DNA of 64,000 nucleotides, taken from assembly GCA_937911225.1 (NCBI GenBank), contig CALDQM010000104.1:7938-71937 (forward strand), given 5' to 3'. The DNA comes from an uncultured Cellvibrionales bacterium. Lineage in GTDB: Bacteria > Pseudomonadota > Gammaproteobacteria > Pseudomonadales > Porticoccaceae. The notes beneath the pieces are model-generated. The model saw only the letters and a program-made list of their open reading frames with translations, was not told the DNA's origin and did no database searches. Made by a program: the position numbers and the translations under genes. Each line of letters begins with the position of its first letter. The first letter of the stretch is position 1. This document shows, piece by piece, positions 48,938 through 59,759 of the stretch.

Positions 48938-49531
48938 TTAGAGCCTTTTAGCGTTAGTGTCTCCACGCATGAAAAGACGCCAGGCTGATCCCACATTCGT
49001 AGCTGGAGATTTTAAAATTATAGTAATAAGTATTTCTTCTGACGCCACTAATAAATAAAACAAAATAACTAGCCTAAACCACGTATCAGCATCCAGCAAA
49101 ATAAGCATATAGTAGGCTGGCGCAATCAGTATCGCCGCCACTTTTGCACCCCACGTATGATAACTGGGGTATTCACCAAATTTAACCAAAGCCGCCACCA
49201 AGGGTATTATAAAGGATAACGTAGCGGACAAAAGGTATGCTTGCTGATCAGTGAAAATGCTTGGCCAAAGTTGATAAAGTCCAAAAATCATACTGGCATA
49301 CGTTAAGGAATCCCCCCAACTATCAAGCTTGGCACCGAAATCACTGACCTGATTGAGCTTGCGGGCAAGGTAGCCATCAAGTACGTCGCTAACCAGAGAT
49401 GCCGCCAGTACTCCCAGAAACCAATAAGGCGCGCCCTCTAGTGCAAAAAAAACCAACACTGGCACCAACAGTAGCCGCAAGATACTGAGTAGATTTGCGA
49501 TAGGAAATGTCTTAGAGTTCATCGTTTCCAT
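48938..49531 (-). CDS. CDP-alcohol phosphatidyltransferase family protein
   Basis: IANLLSILRL, SDVLDGYLARKLNQVSDFGAKLDSWGD. Confidence 0.9.
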   Translation of the reverse strand: METMNSKTFPIANLLSILRLLLVPVLVFFALEGAPYWFLGVLAASLVSDVLDGYLARKLNQVSDFGAKLDSWGDSLTYASMIFGLYQLWPSIFTDQQAYLLSATLSFIIPLVAALVKFGEYPSYHTWGAKVAAILIAPAYYMLILLDADTWFRLVILFYLLVASEEILITIILKSPATNVGSAWRLFMRGDTNAKRL

Positions 49532-49693
49532 TTAAGTGAACCTAGGCTAAAAAAATTTAAATTGTTTTTTTAAGCCTATCGCTAGTTGATAGCCAAAAGC
49601 AACATTCCTATTAAAATATCTGCGTCAACACCTCTAGCACAAAGCAGGCTAAGCTAAATGTACTTAATAGTAATGACAGACCAAAAGTCAGAT

Positions 49694-50431
49694 CTAAATA
49701 AGTGCCGAGCGTTGGCGAACGATTTCGAAAAGGCACACGCCGGTGGCTACAGAGACATTTAGGCTCTCGACCTCCCCCGCCATAGGTAATTTAGCCAAAA
49801 AATCACATTGCTTGGAGGTAAGTTGGCGCATCCCATCACCCTCTGCACCCATGACTAAAACGATTGCTCCGGTTAAATCCATTTTGTACAGAGACTTTTC
49901 TGCCTCACCGGTAGTTCCTACCGCCCAGACTCCTAGCTGCTGGAGTTTGTCTAGCGTTCTTGTCAAGTTGGTTACCGTAACCAAGGGCACGGACTCGGCG
50001 GCACCACAGGCAACTTTTTGCACAACAGGCGTCAGGCCTACGGAATTATCTTTTGGTACAATAACGGCGTGAACTCCAGCAGCATCAGCTGATCTTAGGC
50101 ACGCGCCTAAATTATGTGGGTCAGTCACGCCATCAAGCATTAAGAAAAAGCTTTGGTTGCCGTGGGTCTCAGCGAGTTGTAATAAAAAAGATTCATCTCG
50201 CGCCTCTCCAGGCCTACACAGTGCAATGACTCCTTGATGCCTCCCTTGAACTTTGGCATCTAGTTTCTTTATCGTAACTGGCTGCAGTGGAATTCCATGC
50301 TGTTCAGCTAAATTATAGATTTTCTGCAGACGATCATCACGGCGTCCACTTTGCACCTGTATTTCCTCTACCCTCTGAGGGGCAGATTTCAACATAGTTT
50401 GAATAGCATGAATGCCATAAATCCAATCCAC
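49694..50431 (-). CDS. rlmB: 23S rRNA Gm2251 2'-O-methyltransferase; start refined to GTG 50431
   Basis: IYGIHA, HQGVIA, LDGVTDPHNLGACLRSADAAG, MGAEGDGMR, ESLNVSVATG; AGGAG SD 7 nt before 50431. Confidence 0.95.
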   Translation of the reverse strand: MDWIYGIHAIQTMLKSAPQRVEEIQVQSGRRDDRLQKIYNLAEQHGIPLQPVTIKKLDAKVQGRHQGVIALCRPGEARDESFLLQLAETHGNQSFFLMLDGVTDPHNLGACLRSADAAGVHAVIVPKDNSVGLTPVVQKVACGAAESVPLVTVTNLTRTLDKLQQLGVWAVGTTGEAEKSLYKMDLTGAIVLVMGAEGDGMRQLTSKQCDFLAKLPMAGEVESLNVSVATGVCLFEIVRQRSALI

Positions 50432-50556
50432 AAAAAAACTCCTAAGGTATGTTTTTATCAATCGAGGATTGCGCATTGTACTGGCTTTCGGCACACTTCT
50501 GGTACCAATCGTTCTCTGATTTTCAAATAATAGACAAAAGCGGCGTTACTTAAACG

Positions 50557-51051
50557 ATGAGCCCAGTTAAAAAGAATCCGACTCACTTAACAACACATCC
50601 AAGCGCCAGCATAGCCCGTCGCATGGCAGCAATGGTCTACGACCTTTTCTTATTGGCTGCTATCGTCATGGCATATTCCCTTGCCGTCATCATGCCTTTA
50701 AGGTTCGCAGTTTACGGAATGCCTGATAACGACATTGGTTGGGTGGGTTTTTCGCTGATCTTTAAGCTATTACTAATGATTGGCCTGACATTTACTCTCT
50801 GTGGATATTTTTTTATATGCTGGCGCAAGCAAGGCCAATCGATGGGAATGAAAGCATGGCGATTAAAGCTTCAACAACCTAGCGGGGAACTTCCCAGTGC
50901 CAAACAATGTTGGTGGCGCTGCTTGCTAGCGCCTGCTTCTCTAGCTTGCTTTGGACTAGGATACCTATGGTGCTTGATTCCGCCCAATAAAGAATGCCTG
51001 CATGACCGTCTTACGAGGACACAAGTGGTGACATTACCTAAAAGTAAATAA
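50557..51051 (+). CDS. RDD family membrane protein
   Basis: [33 protein letters not shown]. Confidence 0.9.
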   Translation: MSPVKKNPTHLTTHPSASIARRMAAMVYDLFLLAAIVMAYSLAVIMPLRFAVYGMPDNDIGWVGFSLIFKLLLMIGLTFTLCGYFFICWRKQGQSMGMKAWRLKLQQPSGELPSAKQCWWRCLLAPASLACFGLGYLWCLIPPNKECLHDRLTRTQVVTLPKSK

Positions 51052-51074
51052 AGCCTAACGTAGCGTGGACGCAT

Positions 51075-52574
51075 ATGAACTCTAAACATTTTATTCTTGC
51101 CATAGACCAGGGTACGACTTCGTCGAGAAGTATGCTGTTTGATCAACATTTTTTGGTAGCAGAACAATCGCAGTATGAATTTCCTCAGTACTTTCCAGAA
51201 TCTGGCTGGGTAGAACACAATCCTGAGGATATTTGGCAAACAACGTTAAAGACCTGTAATGATGTAATCGCCAAAACCCGTACTGGAGCCTCAAATATTG
51301 CCGCCATTGGCATTACCAATCAAAGAGAAACCACTATTGTGTGGGAGCGCTCTACCGGAAAACCAATTTATAATGCAATTGTCTGGCAAGACAGGCGGAC
51401 TGCAACTCTTTGTACCTCTCTAAAAAGGGACGGTATCGAACCCCTAATTAGTGCCAAGACTGGTTTACTGCTAGACCCCTATTTTTCAGCGACCAAAATC
51501 GCTTGGATTTTGGATAATGTAAGTAATGCACGATTAAAGGCGGAGCGCGGAGAGCTGGCTTTTGGGACGGTAGACAGCTGGTTACTTTGGAAATTAACCG
51601 AAGGTAAAGTTCACGCTACTGATGCCACCAATGCGTCACGCACTATGCTCTACAATATTCATTCTGGCGATTGGGATGAGGAGCTATTAGAGATATTTAA
51701 TGTGCCACGCTCAATGCTTCCAGTGGTTAAGAATAGTGCTGATGATTTTGGGACTACCACATTATTTGGGTCTCCTCTGAAGATTTATGGCATCGCAGGC
51801 GATCAACAGGCGGCGGCTATAGGCCAGGCTTGCTTTGACGTAGGCATGATGAAGTCTACTTATGGAACAGGCTGTTTTGCTCTACTCAACACCGGTGACA
51901 ATGCCGTTAACTCAACCAATCGCTTGCTAACTACCATTGCCTACCAACTAGATGGCAAAGTGACCTATGCCTTGGAAGGGTCAATTTTTATTGCGGGTGC
52001 CGCGGTGCAGTGGCTGAGAGATGGTCTTGGCATTATTGAGTCTGCCGAGCAGAGCGGTGCTTTAGCATTACAAGCGGATCCCAACGAACAGGTATACATG
52101 GTTCCGGCCTTTACGGGGCTTGGCGCACCATGGTGGGATGCAGACACACGCGGGGCAATTTTTGGTTTAACACGCAATACAGGCCCAGCCGAAATTGCAA
52201 AAGCCGCCCTTGAGTCCGTTTGCTACCAAACTCTGGATCTTTTAACAGCAATGCGCGCGGACTGGAATCATCCTCAAAAAACAGTGTTGCGAGTGGACGG
52301 TGGTATGGTCGCTAGTAACTGGACCATGCAATGTTTAGCGGATATTTTAGAGTCGCCAGTGGAGCGCCCAAGTATCATAGAAACTACCGCTATCGGCGCT
52401 GCTTGGCTTGCAGGATCTAAGACAGGGCTGTGGCCAAATCAGCAAGAATTTGCGGACTCTTGGCACTGCCAGCACCGCTTTGAACCAAAAATGGAGAAAC
52501 CCTTGCGAGACAAAAAGGTAGCACATTGGAATGACGCAATAAACCGGTTAACCGCTGCGCCGCAAAAGATATAG
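51075..52574 (+). CDS. glpK: Glycerol kinase
   Basis: [50 protein letters not shown]. Confidence 0.93.
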   Translation: MNSKHFILAIDQGTTSSRSMLFDQHFLVAEQSQYEFPQYFPESGWVEHNPEDIWQTTLKTCNDVIAKTRTGASNIAAIGITNQRETTIVWERSTGKPIYNAIVWQDRRTATLCTSLKRDGIEPLISAKTGLLLDPYFSATKIAWILDNVSNARLKAERGELAFGTVDSWLLWKLTEGKVHATDATNASRTMLYNIHSGDWDEELLEIFNVPRSMLPVVKNSADDFGTTTLFGSPLKIYGIAGDQQAAAIGQACFDVGMMKSTYGTGCFALLNTGDNAVNSTNRLLTTIAYQLDGKVTYALEGSIFIAGAAVQWLRDGLGIIESAEQSGALALQADPNEQVYMVPAFTGLGAPWWDADTRGAIFGLTRNTGPAEIAKAALESVCYQTLDLLTAMRADWNHPQKTVLRVDGGMVASNWTMQCLADILESPVERPSIIETTAIGAAWLAGSKTGLWPNQQEFADSWHCQHRFEPKMEKPLRDKKVAHWNDAINRLTAAPQKI

Positions 52575-53618
52575 CCCAACTAAAATACATAACAATATGG
52601 GTGTAATGACGGCAAAGATGACGGGGAATCCGAACACTAAACTGAACGGTCCAAGTAAATCCTGCAGAATGTTAAAACTTATACCGACTAAAACACCAAC
52701 AAATATACGGAACCCCATGGTTGCATCTCGAAGAGGGCCAAAAACAAAAGAAATGGCTATTAGCACCAGGCCTAAGACAACCAGGGGTTGCAGTACTTTG
52801 CTCCAGTAGGCTAGCTCATAAACAGCGGTATCTGCGTTTTGTTGACGTAAAAAATCAATATGATTATCTAATGTTCTGACCGGCAATGATGCCGCCGGCA
52901 AAATATTAACCGTGAGTATTTGGGGAGACAACTCAGAATTCCAACGACGCGTTATTCGCTTCTCTGTTACCGTTTTATTTTCATCAAAGCGCGTAATAGA
53001 GACGTTTTCTTCGACCCAAAACTGTTCGGTAGCGTTATAGGTAGCTCTGCTTGAAAAGCTTGCCTGCTGTAACTTTTGCTGATCATCGAATTGATAGCGC
53101 GTAACGCCATAAAGAACACCTCCGGGAAAGACTGCATTGAAGTGCATGAACTCGCGCTCTTCGCGAATCCAAAGTCCCGCGGCGGAATCTTGCGAAGAAG
53201 AGCCTTTACGCAAGTATTCGCGAGTTCCTTCTGCTCGCTGATCTAAATAAGGTGAAAAATACTCTCCGATACCCACACTCAACACAATAAACACGAGTAC
53301 TGGCTTCATCACAAAGTACACGATACGCACTAAGGAAACTCCTGAGGCACGCATTACCGTCACTTCACTGTTACCGACAAGTAACCCGAGACCATAAAGA
53401 CAGCCAATAAGAGAGGAAAGGGGCATATATTCGTAGATCGTCGACGGTAGTTTTGTGAATACATAAATTAGTGCATCTACGAAATAATAGTCTCTTTGAA
53501 TTGCCCGAGTTTGATCAATAATCTCGGCGACGACGTCAAGCCCTACAATCACGCAAAGTGCCAAAAATACTGATCTAAAGACTGTACCGCCAATATGCCT
53601 GGACAGTCGCCGCATCAT
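52548..53618 (-). CDS. lptG: LPS export ABC transporter permease LptG; start probably 53618 or 53615
   Basis: [43 protein letters not shown]. Confidence 0.93.
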   Translation of the reverse strand: MMRRLSRHIGGTVFRSVFLALCVIVGLDVVAEIIDQTRAIQRDYYFVDALIYVFTKLPSTIYEYMPLSSLIGCLYGLGLLVGNSEVTVMRASGVSLVRIVYFVMKPVLVFIVLSVGIGEYFSPYLDQRAEGTREYLRKGSSSQDSAAGLWIREEREFMHFNAVFPGGVLYGVTRYQFDDQQKLQQASFSSRATYNATEQFWVEENVSITRFDENKTVTEKRITRRWNSELSPQILTVNILPAASLPVRTLDNHIDFLRQQNADTAVYELAYWSKVLQPLVVLGLVLIAISFVFGPLRDATMGFRIFVGVLVGISFNILQDLLGPFSLVFGFPVIFAVITPILLCILVGLYLLRRSG

Positions 53619-54730
53619 GATGATCTCCCCCAACGGCTAATCAGGCTCTCTTTTAAATATCGTAATCGCTCAGAGCCCGCCAAAATCAACCCCAGCATTA
53701 AAAAAGCGACGTGCACAGGTAGCAATGTAACATCAGACGCAATGCCACCGGATTCAATACTGCCTCGCGCCGCATTCAAAGAAAGCAAGTAAGTAAAGTA
53801 CAACATAATTGCCGGCAACAACCGAGCAAACCGACCCTGTCGAGGATTGGTTCTACTTAGAGGAACCGCTAACACTACAATTATTATTAGCATCAACGGC
53901 GTTGATAGCCGCCATTGCAAGGTTGCCTTCAGCTCTGGCTGCTCCGAACCCCAGAGCTTAACTGTGGGCATGGCATCGGTTTCGAGATCCTCGACAACTT
54001 TCTTTGGAGGGCTAAGTTTTGAACCATATTGTTCAAACGAGGTAATTTGATAATCATTGTTACCTGGAATGCCCTCGACACGGTACCCCTGATCGAGAAC
54101 AAAAAATCTTTCTTCACCGTCTATAGACCGCTGCTGCCGACCCTTTTTTGCGAAAATAACTACTGTTCGACTGTCAAAGTTTTCTGGAGAACCTGCAGTA
54201 ACCGCTAAAAAAACATCCTCTAACTCTCTATCTTCGTTAATTTTTTCAGCATAAGTGATGCCCTTGTCGCCGCTGAGTTTATAAAAACGTTTAGGACTTA
54301 CCTTATCTAGTTCGGTCATTTCTTTTTGAACTTTTAAAATAGTCTCTGCTTTTGCTGCACCGGCTGGCGATATAGAAAGACTAAGCCATGCAACAAAAAG
54401 AGCAAGTACTGACGCCATCACTAGCGTATAACCAACCAAGTTCGCCTCAGAAACGCCGCATGATTTGAGTACGCTCATTTCATTTTCAACATGTAATCGG
54501 CCAAATGACAGTAAAATAGCCAAGAAAAATGCGAGAGGGATAGTCAACTCAAGAAAGCCAGGGATACGATAACCGATGACTGCAAATATCACCCCAGGAT
54601 CCATATTACCCGCCATAGCGCTAGACAGGTATTTAACGAACCGACCACTAATTAGTACTAATAAAAGCACAACACAGATTGCAAAGGTCGTCGATAAAAT
54701 TTCACGGGTCAAATAACGGAAAATAATCAC
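53615..54730 (-). CDS. lptF: LPS export ABC transporter permease LptF
   Basis: IIFRYLTREI, FGRLHVENEMSVL..CG, QWRLS, VPLSRTNPRQGRF. Confidence 0.94.
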   Translation of the reverse strand: MIIFRYLTREILSTTFAICVVLLLVLISGRFVKYLSSAMAGNMDPGVIFAVIGYRIPGFLELTIPLAFFLAILLSFGRLHVENEMSVLKSCGVSEANLVGYTLVMASVLALFVAWLSLSISPAGAAKAETILKVQKEMTELDKVSPKRFYKLSGDKGITYAEKINEDRELEDVFLAVTAGSPENFDSRTVVIFAKKGRQQRSIDGEERFFVLDQGYRVEGIPGNNDYQITSFEQYGSKLSPPKKVVEDLETDAMPTVKLWGSEQPELKATLQWRLSTPLMLIIIVVLAVPLSRTNPRQGRFARLLPAIMLYFTYLLSLNAARGSIESGGIASDVTLLPVHVAFLMLGLILAGSERLRYLKESLISRWGRSS

Positions 54731-54823
54731 AATATTAGACTTATAGCCCTTGGGTGTAGTTAAACAAACTGGTATTGTTGCTGGCCGTATATTACATCAT
54801 ATCTGCAACCACATGGAGTTCAC

Positions 54824-56287
54824 ATGGAGTTTAATGCTTCTTCTGCCCAGCTATTAGAAATCACAGCCGACTCTCTCGTTTTACCAACAGGGTCAAAACT
54901 AGAGAATATCGCTAAAGAAATTGATACGTTACTCGACGGCGCTATCACATCACTCATCAAGTCCGGAGATTTTAGCGGCAAAGCATCTGAATCCTGCGTA
55001 CTACGCAACCTCAACATCCCCTTTCAGCGAATCATTTTGATCGGTACAGATGGTGCTTCGAGTTCACAAAAGATAATTAGAGCGATTGAAGCTGGAGCTG
55101 CTGCCGTCTTCAAAACCCCAGCGGTAGATGTGGTCTGGGCGACTGAAGGTTTGGCAAAAGATCATGATTGGCAGGCAAGTATCATTGCTCGCAGTACAAT
55201 GACTGCAGCCTATGCATACACGGGCACAGGTAAAAAACCTGAGCCAAAGAAGGTCAAGACGGTCACTTACTGGTGTTCCGCTAAGACCGATTTGGACGCC
55301 GCTCAAAAGGGCATTAATTACGGAGCCGCAGTTGGCAATGGTATGAATACCGCTCGGCAACTCGGTAACCTTCCTGCGAACATATGTACGCCTAATTACC
55401 TTGCAGAGCAGGCTAAGGAATTGGCAAAAGGGCAAGCTAACCTTACCACTAGCATTGTAAATGAAGCCCAGATGCAAGAGCTGAAAATGGGATCGCTACT
55501 ATCGGTGAGCGCAGGTTCAGTAGAGCCAGCAAATCTGATAGTAATGAATTACAAAGGCGCCGACAGTAGTGTAAAACCCGTTGTTTTAGTCGGCAAAGCA
55601 GTTACCTTTGACACCGGTGGTATTAGTTTAAAACCCGGTCGCGGGATGGATGAAATGAAATTTGATATGTGTGGCGGAGCATCTGTTTTTGGTGTTATTA
55701 ATACTCTGTTAGAAACCAAGTTACCTGTCAATGTTATCGGAATCGTTCCAGCAGTAGAGAATATGCCGGCTGGCAATGCAACTAAACCAGGAGACGTGGT
55801 AACCAGCATGTCGGGTCAAACCATCGAAGTACTTAATACTGATGCTGAGGGCCGCCTGATCCTTTGTGACGCATTGACCTATGCCGAACGTTTCTCGCCA
55901 GATACAGTCATTGATATAGCAACATTAACCGGCGCAGTTATTGGTGCTCTGGGCAAATTCACCTCCGGGCTTTTAGCAAATGACGATGAACTTGCCGACC
56001 AACTTCTACTGGGAGGCACCAAAAGTGGTGACCGTGCTTGGCGACTACCCCTGTGGGAAGAGTATGATAAGCAGATAAAAAGTAACTTCGCCGATATGGC
56101 TAATATTGGCGGTGAGGCCGGCACCATTACGGCGGCGTGTTTTCTTGCTCGGTTTACCAAATCCTTTAAATGGGCTCACCTAGACATTGCTGGGACAGCT
56201 TGGTTATCTGGGGCCCAAAAAGGTGCCACAGGTAGACCAGTCCCTATGCTTATGGAATATATCCGCAGCAAGACTGTCAGCGAGTGA
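54824..56287 (+). CDS. pepA: Leucyl aminopeptidase A
   Basis: VGKAVTFDTGGISLKP, MKFDMCG, NTDAEGRLILCD, DIATLTGA, WAHLDIAGTAW. Confidence 0.96.
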   Translation: MEFNASSAQLLEITADSLVLPTGSKLENIAKEIDTLLDGAITSLIKSGDFSGKASESCVLRNLNIPFQRIILIGTDGASSSQKIIRAIEAGAAAVFKTPAVDVVWATEGLAKDHDWQASIIARSTMTAAYAYTGTGKKPEPKKVKTVTYWCSAKTDLDAAQKGINYGAAVGNGMNTARQLGNLPANICTPNYLAEQAKELAKGQANLTTSIVNEAQMQELKMGSLLSVSAGSVEPANLIVMNYKGADSSVKPVVLVGKAVTFDTGGISLKPGRGMDEMKFDMCGGASVFGVINTLLETKLPVNVIGIVPAVENMPAGNATKPGDVVTSMSGQTIEVLNTDAEGRLILCDALTYAERFSPDTVIDIATLTGAVIGALGKFTSGLLANDDELADQLLLGGTKSGDRAWRLPLWEEYDKQIKSNFADMANIGGEAGTITAACFLARFTKSFKWAHLDIAGTAWLSGAQKGATGRPVPMLMEYIRSKTVSE

Positions 56288-56321
56288 TTTTCCCGGTCAA
56301 TCACATTGGGCAGTCTAGGTC

Positions 56322-56750
56322 TTGACTAACGTGTCTTTTTATAAACTAGCTGGAGATCAAATGATGGGTTTCTCATTGGTCTGCCAGCTCGTTAAAAAGT
56401 CACTGGCACAGGGGCAACAAGTCCTCTGTCTAGTTACTGATAACACCGCTGTTAAGCTACTGGATAACCATCTTTGGCAGTTACAATCTTCGTCCTTTAT
56501 ACCCCATGGTATTGGGACTGAACACGCTCCTGTGGCGGTCAGTTGTGATTCAAATCCTGGCGATCACCATCAAATTTTAATCAATCTCCAGCACAGCATC
56601 CCAACTTGGTTCAGCCGGTTCGACCGCGTCATTGAGATCATTTATCAAGATGATGCCTATGAGCAGGCGAAACGAGAAAACTTCCTTTTTTATAAGCAGC
56701 GTGGCTATGCACTTAACTACCATGACCTTTCTGAAAAGTTTAGCGGCTAA
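56322..56750 (+). CDS. holC: DNA polymerase III chi subunit
   Basis: LDNHLWQ....SFIPH, ILINL, FSRFDRVIEII, RENFLFYKQRGY; pepA-holC-valS order. Confidence 0.92.
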   Translation: MTNVSFYKLAGDQMMGFSLVCQLVKKSLAQGQQVLCLVTDNTAVKLLDNHLWQLQSSSFIPHGIGTEHAPVAVSCDSNPGDHHQILINLQHSIPTWFSRFDRVIEIIYQDDAYEQAKRENFLFYKQRGYALNYHDLSEKFSG

Positions 56751-56888
56751 TTGGTTTTTGTAATCATAACTCTAAAAGTTAACTTCAATTAGTCGGCAAA
56801 GCTAGCGACAAATCTCGGCAAGCTCTATAATCAGGTAGCACTTAAATCAACTCAATTCACAAATACCTTTGGGATATAAAATTCAATA

Positions 56889-59753
56889 ATGGACAAGACA
56901 TTCCAACCAAAAGACATAGAAACCAAATGGTATAAATCGTGGGAGAGCAATGGCTACTTTGCTCCATCCGGTAATGGTGATCCCTATAGTATTGTCATCC
57001 CTCCGCCCAACGTCACAGGAAGCTTACACATAGGACATGCTCTGCAGCATGGCATTATGGATGCTCTTTCGCGCTATGCCCGAATGCAGGGTAAAAATAC
57101 TCTTTGGCAGGTCGGTACAGACCATGCTGGGATTGCCACACAAATGGTGGTAGAGCGGAAGTTAGCTGCCGAAAATCTGCCTGGTAGAGAGGAAATGGGC
57201 CGCGAGTCGTTTGTTAAAGAGATATGGAAGTGGAAAGAACAGTCCGGTGGCACTATTACTGAGCAAATGCGGCGCTTGGGGAACTCAGTTGACTGGGATA
57301 CTGAGCGATTCACTATGGATGATGGTTTTTACGATGCGGTGCAGGAAGTCTTTATTCGCCTTTACGACTCAGAGCTGATTTACCGAGGAAAAAGGTTAGT
57401 CAATTGGGATCCAAAACTGCATACAGCAATCTCTGATTTAGAGGTTGAAAACCGCGAAATCAAAGGCAAGATGTGGCACCTTCGATACCCTCTGGCTGAT
57501 GGAACGAAAACCTCAGATGGAAAAGACTACATTATTGTCGCTACCACTAGACCGGAAACAATGCTTGGGGATACCGGAGTTGCAGTAAATCCGAATGATC
57601 CGCGCTATCAAAGCTTAATCGGTAGCTCCGTTAACTTACCCCTTGTGGCTCGGTCGGTCCCTATATTTGCCGATGAATACGCTAGTATGGAAAAAGGTAG
57701 TGGCTGCGTGAAAATCACACCGGCTCACGACTTTAATGATTACGATGTTGGTCAACGTCACTCTTTACCTATGATTAATATGCTAACAACTAATGGTGAT
57801 GTTCGACATTCTCCAGAATGCGTGAATAGCGACGGCAGCGATAATCATGATCTTGGCGCAACAATTCCAGAAAAATATCGGGGTATGGAGCGATTTGCTG
57901 CACGACGAGAGATCATTGCAGATTTTGAGGCATTGGGGCTACTGGAGTCTATCGAAGAAAACGATATGACAGTGCCCTATGGTGATCGCGGAGGTGTTGT
58001 AATAGAACCGATGCTGACTAATCAATGGTATGTGGACGCCAAAAAATTGGCTGGCCCAGCAATTGAAGCTGTTGAAGATGGGCGCATAAATTTTGTACCC
58101 AAGCAGTATGAAAATATGTATTTTTCATGGATGCGTAACATACAAGACTGGTGTATCTCTAGACAACTTTGGTGGGGGCATCGTATTCCAGCTTGGTATG
58201 ACCAAGCTGGCAAAGCTTATGTGGGCAGTAGCGAGGCTTCGGTTCGTGAAAAGCATAATCTGGGTGACATAAAACTGAGACAGGATGAAGATGTTTTAGA
58301 TACATGGTTCTCTTCAGCCTTATGGACTTTCGCGACACAGGGCTGGCCTGAGAATACCGATAGGCTAAAGACATTCCACCCGACTGATGTGTTGGTGACG
58401 GGTTTCGATATCATTTTCTTCTGGGTAGCCAGAATGGTTATGATGACTATGGAGCTGGTGAAAAATGAAGATGGTAGTCCGCAGATACCCTTTAAAACTG
58501 TCTACGTCACAGGGTTGATTCGTGATGATCAAGGTCAGAAAATGTCCAAATCTAAGGGTAATGTCTTAGACCCCCTTGATATGATTGACGGCATTGATAT
58601 TGAGAGTTTAGTAGCAAAACGCACTGGCAATATGATGCAACCCAAACAGGCCGAAAAAATTGCTAGCCGCACGCGGAAACAATTTCCTCTAGGCATTGAA
58701 GCTCACGGCTCCGACGCTTTGCGTTTTACTCTCTGCGCGCTGACCTCCACAGGTCGTGATATCAATTGGGATATGAAAAGGCTTGAAGGTTATCGCAACT
58801 TCTGTAATAAAATATGGAACGCGTCACGCTATGTTCTTATGAATGCGGAAGGAGAAAACTGCGCGCAAGACGGCAGTGATTACACCCTAAGTTTGGCTGA
58901 CCGTTGGATTATATCTAGACTTCAGCAAGCTCAGACAGAGGTCAACTCAGCCATTCAAAGTTATCGCTTCGATCTCGCCACACAGGCCTTGTATGATTTC
59001 ATATGGAACGAATACTGTGACTGGTACCTTGAGCTATCTAAACCGGTACTATGGGATGAAAACGGCGACGAATCACTGAAGACGGGTACCCGTCGGACGT
59101 TAGTGAGAGTACTAGAGGCGACATTGCGTCTTGCTCACCCATTACTACCCTTTATCACCGAAGAGATTTGGCAGAATGTTGCCCCACTTGCCGGAATTCC
59201 TGTGGACTCAAAAAGTACGATTATGTTGCAACCCTATCCTATCGCCGATAGTCACCAGATCGATGAAAACGCATTGCAAGATATAGACTGGCTAAAAAAG
59301 GTGATTGTTGGCGTGCGCAATATACGTGGGGAAATGAATATATCTCCCGCCACTGCACTGAATGTGTTTTTCACTCGCGGTGATGATAATGATCAGCGGC
59401 GTATCGACGAGAATCATCAATTCCTAAGTAAACTAGCTAATTTAGAGTCCATCACTTGGCTAGATGACCCTAGCAAAGCGCCACTAAGTGCGACTGCACT
59501 TGCAGGAGAACTTGAAATACTGGTCCCTATGGCAGGCCTGATTGACATAAGCGCGGAGCTAGCGCGTCTTGATAGAGAAATTGACAAAATATCGTTGGAA
59601 GCAAAAAAACTGTCTGGAAAATTGGGTAACGAAAAATTCTTGAGTAATGCACCGACGGAGGTGGTGGCTAAAGAACGTCAAAAACTTACTGATTTTGAAA
59701 GCTCCTTGAGCCAACTCAAGCAAAAACGCAGCTCCATTGCAGAATTGGCGTAA
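56889..59753 (+). CDS. valS: Valine--tRNA ligase
   Basis: [43 protein letters not shown]-terminal coiled coil. Confidence 0.98.
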   Translation: MDKTFQPKDIETKWYKSWESNGYFAPSGNGDPYSIVIPPPNVTGSLHIGHALQHGIMDALSRYARMQGKNTLWQVGTDHAGIATQMVVERKLAAENLPGREEMGRESFVKEIWKWKEQSGGTITEQMRRLGNSVDWDTERFTMDDGFYDAVQEVFIRLYDSELIYRGKRLVNWDPKLHTAISDLEVENREIKGKMWHLRYPLADGTKTSDGKDYIIVATTRPETMLGDTGVAVNPNDPRYQSLIGSSVNLPLVARSVPIFADEYASMEKGSGCVKITPAHDFNDYDVGQRHSLPMINMLTTNGDVRHSPECVNSDGSDNHDLGATIPEKYRGMERFAARREIIADFEALGLLESIEENDMTVPYGDRGGVVIEPMLTNQWYVDAKKLAGPAIEAVEDGRINFVPKQYENMYFSWMRNIQDWCISRQLWWGHRIPAWYDQAGKAYVGSSEASVREKHNLGDIKLRQDEDVLDTWFSSALWTFATQGWPENTDRLKTFHPTDVLVTGFDIIFFWVARMVMMTMELVKNEDGSPQIPFKTVYVTGLIRDDQGQKMSKSKGNVLDPLDMIDGIDIESLVAKRTGNMMQPKQAEKIASRTRKQFPLGIEAHGSDALRFTLCALTSTGRDINWDMKRLEGYRNFCNKIWNASRYVLMNAEGENCAQDGSDYTLSLADRWIISRLQQAQTEVNSAIQSYRFDLATQALYDFIWNEYCDWYLELSKPVLWDENGDESLKTGTRRTLVRVLEATLRLAHPLLPFITEEIWQNVAPLAGIPVDSKSTIMLQPYPIADSHQIDENALQDIDWLKKVIVGVRNIRGEMNISPATALNVFFTRGDDNDQRRIDENHQFLSKLANLESITWLDDPSKAPLSATALAGELEILVPMAGLIDISAELARLDREIDKISLEAKKLSGKLGNEKFLSNAPTEVVAKERQKLTDFESSLSQLKQKRSSIAELA

Positions 59754-59759
59754 GGTTTA

